From Malacoraja senta (lineage: Eukaryota): DNA of 64,000 bases. Numbering within the stretch: the first letter of the stretch is position 1; each line of letters starts with the position of its first letter. The position numbers and the translations under genes are program-made. Where the stretch lies: assembly GCA_038087875.1 (NCBI GenBank), contig JAXLNO010000630.1:62001-126000 (forward strand), read 5' to 3'. The notes under the pieces are model-generated. The model saw only the letters and a program-made list of their open reading frames with translations, did no database searches and was not told where the DNA came from. This document shows positions 60,391 to 64,000 of the stretch, in pieces.

Positions 60391-62914
60391 CATTCAGCTA
60401 GAAGATTAAGTAAATACATTAGTAAATTAATAAACCCAGATCAGACGGGGTTTATCCCTAAGAGATACTCATCTAACAATATGAGACGTTTACTCAACAT
60501 AATGCACTCACACAAATCTGAAGATCAAGAATTATCAATTATTTCGCTGGATGCTGAAAAAGCATTTGATCAAGTAGAATGGAATTATATGGATAAAGTA
60601 TTACAAAAATTCCAACTGGGAGAGAATTTTATTCTATGGATCAAGTTACTATATAATAAACCTACAGCTAGAATACTAACTAATAACATATTATCCTCGA
60701 AATTCCAACTATCAAGGGGAAATAGACAAGGATGCTCATTATCACCACAACTGTTTGCTCTCATTATTGAACCGCTAGCAGAAAAAATTAGAATACACCC
60801 TGATATCCATGGATATAATACTAAAGACTCATATAATAAAATATCTTTATACGCGGATGATATATTACTGTACATTACAAAACCTCAAATCACTATACCA
60901 AATATATTAAATTTAATTGAAAACTTTGGATCTTTTTCTGGATATAGAATAAATTGGAATAAAAGTGAAATTATGTCAATAAAACAGAAAGATTCAACAC
61001 ATCTTTTAAAATTCCCTTTTAAAACAGCTACAGAAAAATTTAAATACTTGGGAATCGAAATTACGAGAACATATCAAGGTATGTTTAAGGCAAATTTTGA
61101 TCCCCTACTTAATAAATTAAACACACTAATTAAATTCTGGAAAACGCTCCCGATGTCTTTAATAGGCCGAATAAATGCAATAAAAATGATCTTTCTACCA
61201 CAAATTTTAAACCTATTTCAATCGATTCCTATATACTTACCAAAGAAGTTTTTTTTAAAACTCGACTCAGATATCACTAATTTTATATGGGACTATAAAT
61301 CACATAGAATACAAAAAACTCATCTGAATAAACCTAAAGTATTAGGGGGTTTAGCACTACCTAATTTTATGTATTATTATTGGTCAGTAAATATTAAAAA
61401 TATGATTCAACTGATGGATAACTCCGCCCAGCAAGTGGACTGGATTGTAATGAAGAAAGAGGATTGCTCCTCTGGAAACATTGGAGCGATCCTCCTCTCT
61501 CCAATGAAACTGAATAATATAAATTATAATAAGAACCCAATTATTCATAGTACAATCCGAATTTGGAAACAAATAAAACAAAATTTAAAATTAAGAAATT
61601 TATCACTTTTATTACCTATAGTTAATAACCCTTCGTTTAATCCCTCTATTATAGATAAAGCTTTTACACATTGGGATAGACTAGGAATTAAAACGCTCGG
61701 TGACTTGTATGAAACTGGAAAATTACTTTCATTTCAACAATTACAAATAAAATATAAACTCGGAAATAATCAATATTTTAAATATTTTCAAATATGCGAC
61801 TATTTGAAAAAATATACAAAAGATCATTATAATAACCCAGCAGATGTATTGGATGAGGCAATGCAGATAAAAGCGGAATCAGCAAACTTAATATCATATT
61901 TGTATAATATTATCTTAAATGTACAAATACCATCTACGGAGGGTATCAGAAGAGACTGGGAACAAGAGTTAGCTATTAAAATTTCAAAGGAAAGTTGGAA
62001 TGAACACTTATTAAACGTGCATAAATGTTCGATTAATGTAAGACACACTTTAATACAATTTAAAATTTTACATAGATTATATTATTCGAAAACTAAAATT
62101 CATAAAATTTCCCCAAATGTATCATCTATTTGTGATAAATGTCAATCCCAAGAAGCTACTATAGCGCACTCATTCGTTTTTTGTACAAAAATTCAAAAAT
62201 GTTGGAATGAAATTTTCGAAATCTTTACAAAATTATTTAAAATAAGACTGATACCCAAAGCAGAATGGATTATCTTCGGAATAACCGAAGATGGTCCAGA
62301 ACTAAATGTGTTTCAAAAGAAACTAATAGACTATGGGTTAATAACTGGAAAAAAGCTAATTCTAACATTTTGGAAGAAGGCTCCAATACCAACTATAAAC
62401 ATGTGGATTTCAAATATGTTCGAAACTTTACACCTAGAAGAGATAAGACTCCTCCTAGCAGGTAAACCAGATCACTTCCACCTGACGTGGTCTGCATTTA
62501 TAGAATTATTACAAATATAGGGTGCAAAGGTACCTTAAAAAAAAAATTGAGGTCAGGTAAGGGGGGATGATAGTTGAAGAGTTGGTATGTCCCATTTGCG
62601 TAATGCTCATAAAAATATTTGTTTCTCTCTTTTTCCTCTTTCTCTTTCTCTTTCTTTTCTAGGGTCTATTTCTTAACTCTTTTTCTTTTGTTTTTAATTT
62701 TGTTCTTATAGGGTCTTCGTCTTTTTTGGTGTCACATTTTCTACACTCTCACTTTTTCCTTCACTTTCTTCTTTCTTTCAATCTTTTCCTTTTCTAGTGT
62801 AAAAAACAAATGGAGTACATTAATTGTAAGAAGACATAAGTGACGAGTACTAATGTATGTGGTTGTAATGTAATGTACTTCTTATAAATAAAAAAATTAA
62901 AAACATATATATAT
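60391..62914 (+). mobile_element. 5'-truncated L1 with open ORF2 remainder, 3' UTR and A/TA-rich tail
   Basis: ORF to 62520, pyrimidine-rich UTR, AATAAA at ~62887 and tail; flanked by a 127-bp duplication. Confidence 0.93.
60481..62520 (+). CDS. L1 ORF2 partial (RT + C-terminal zinc finger), 679 open codons
   Basis: SLDAEKAFD, RQGCSLSP, LYADD, KYLG and CDKC...H...C. Confidence 0.9.
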   Translation: MRRLLNIMHSHKSEDQELSIISLDAEKAFDQVEWNYMDKVLQKFQLGENFILWIKLLYNKPTARILTNNILSSKFQLSRGNRQGCSLSPQLFALIIEPLAEKIRIHPDIHGYNTKDSYNKISLYADDILLYITKPQITIPNILNLIENFGSFSGYRINWNKSEIMSIKQKDSTHLLKFPFKTATEKFKYLGIEITRTYQGMFKANFDPLLNKLNTLIKFWKTLPMSLIGRINAIKMIFLPQILNLFQSIPIYLPKKFFLKLDSDITNFIWDYKSHRIQKTHLNKPKVLGGLALPNFMYYYWSVNIKNMIQLMDNSAQQVDWIVMKKEDCSSGNIGAILLSPMKLNNINYNKNPIIHSTIRIWKQIKQNLKLRNLSLLLPIVNNPSFNPSIIDKAFTHWDRLGIKTLGDLYETGKLLSFQQLQIKYKLGNNQYFKYFQICDYLKKYTKDHYNNPADVLDEAMQIKAESANLISYLYNIILNVQIPSTEGIRRDWEQELAIKISKESWNEHLLNVHKCSINVRHTLIQFKILHRLYYSKTKIHKISPNVSSICDKCQSQEATIAHSFVFCTKIQKCWNEIFEIFTKLFKIRLIPKAEWIIFGITEDGPELNVFQKKLIDYGLITGKKLILTFWKKAPIPTINMWISNMFETLHLEEIRLLLAGKPDHFHLTWSAFIELLQI

Positions 62915-63820
62915 ATATTATAGCTGTAGAGTTGGTATATAACAGTTTTATCCATGCACAAAATTTCTCGCCCAGCTGCAATTTTTCCATCACCGAAAAT
63001 AAATAGGGCCATTCCACCTGATCAAAAGCTTTTTCAGCATCGAGTGAGATTATTGCTAGATCTTCATTAATATTTCTCTTTGAATATATTATATTAAATA
63101 ATCTTCTTAGATTGTAATATGAATACCGCTTCTGAATAAAACCTGTTTGGTCAGGGTGTATTAGTTTATTCATCACTGTACTTAATCTGTGTGCTAAAAT
63201 TTTGGTTAGTATTTTCTGATCTGTATTTAAAAGTGCAATTGCTCTATATAATCCTGGATCTTCCGGATCCTTATCAGCTTTAGGAATAAGTGTTATTATA
63301 GATTCATTTAAGGTATCTGGAAGTTTCTGTTGAGTATAAATATGTTCATACAGCATTTGTAAACGTGGAGAAAGCAAATCATAATTTTTTTTATAGAATT
63401 CAGAGCCTAAACCATCTGGTCCTACTGCTTTACCATTTTTTAAAGATCCAATAGACTCTTCAATATCTTTTATCGTAATCTCCGCTTCTAATAATTCTCT
63501 ATCTTTTGAATCTAAACCTTTTAAATTACATTTTTGTAAAAAATCTGCTATTCCTTCTGGTTGTACTACAGTTTTAGTTGAGTAAATATTATGATAGTAT
63601 TGGAGAAATCTCTCATTTATATCCTTGGGCAATTTTAATAATTCTCCTGTATCTGCTCTAATTTTATGAATTATTTTTCCCCCCTCCATTTTTTGTAGCT
63701 GACGTGCTAATAGTTTTTGTGGTTTGTCTCCAAACTCAAAATGTAATTGTTTAGTATGTTGATAAAGTTTTATTACTTGTTCTGAATACATTTTGTTTAG
63801 TTTATATTTCAGTACAGCTA
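62915..63820 (-). mobile_element. L1 ORF2 fragment (upstream half of the host L1)
   Basis: GKAVGPDGLGSEFYK, YRAIALLNTDQKILTK, DQTGF; continues into 60390. Confidence 0.92.
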
Positions 63821-63824
63821 TCTT

Positions 63825-64000
63825 TTAGAAAAGATAGACAGGAAAGAAAGGGAGAGGGGTGGCCCTTTTAATAAGGGAGGGAATAACGGCAATAGAGAGG
63901 AAGGATATTGCGTTGAAGGATCAGGATAGTGAAACAGCTTGGGTACAGATAGAGAATAACAAGGGGAAAAAAACACTAGTGGGTGTAATTTATAGACCTC
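63825..64000 (+). mobile_element. CR1 endonuclease fragment
   Basis: FRKDRQ...GVALLIREG...LVGVIYRP (with an indel). Confidence 0.8.

Noticed and set aside
59644..62914. Opposed L1 pieces as a twin-priming inversion of one element
   Set aside because: They overlap the same RT region with clearly different sequences, so they are two subfamilies.

Overview
Eukaryotic (vertebrate) genomic DNA, not prokaryotic. The repeat content (CR1 and L1 LINEs, tRNA-type SINEs, Penelope-derived hairpins, DIRS elements) suggests a cartilaginous fish such as a skate or ray; this is inference. Most of the window is nested transposons. Host genes: (1) an intact two-exon class A GPCR of the orphan GPR139-like type (6647-6716 + 8921-9819, 322 aa after splicing) with a TATA box and NF-kB-like and C/EBP motifs upstream; (2) two minus-strand exons (52371-52569, 51594-51672) of an Mx-type interferon-induced GTPase, the larger carrying an in-frame stop and missed by the ORF track. 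Mobile DNA includes a full Gypsy provirus (LTRs, PBS, PPT, CATGC TSD) and three DIRS1-type tyrosine-recombinase retrotransposons. The DIRS copies show ITR/ICR circularisation structure, ATT crossover sites and conserved splice signals that predict splice-based expression of gag, pol and recombinase. Also present: a ~6 kb segmental duplication, L1-in-L1 nesting with a 127-bp flanking duplication, Penelope hairpins with minimal hammerhead-ribozyme cores, several MITEs and a Helitron-like element. Boundaries of decayed repeats are approximate.
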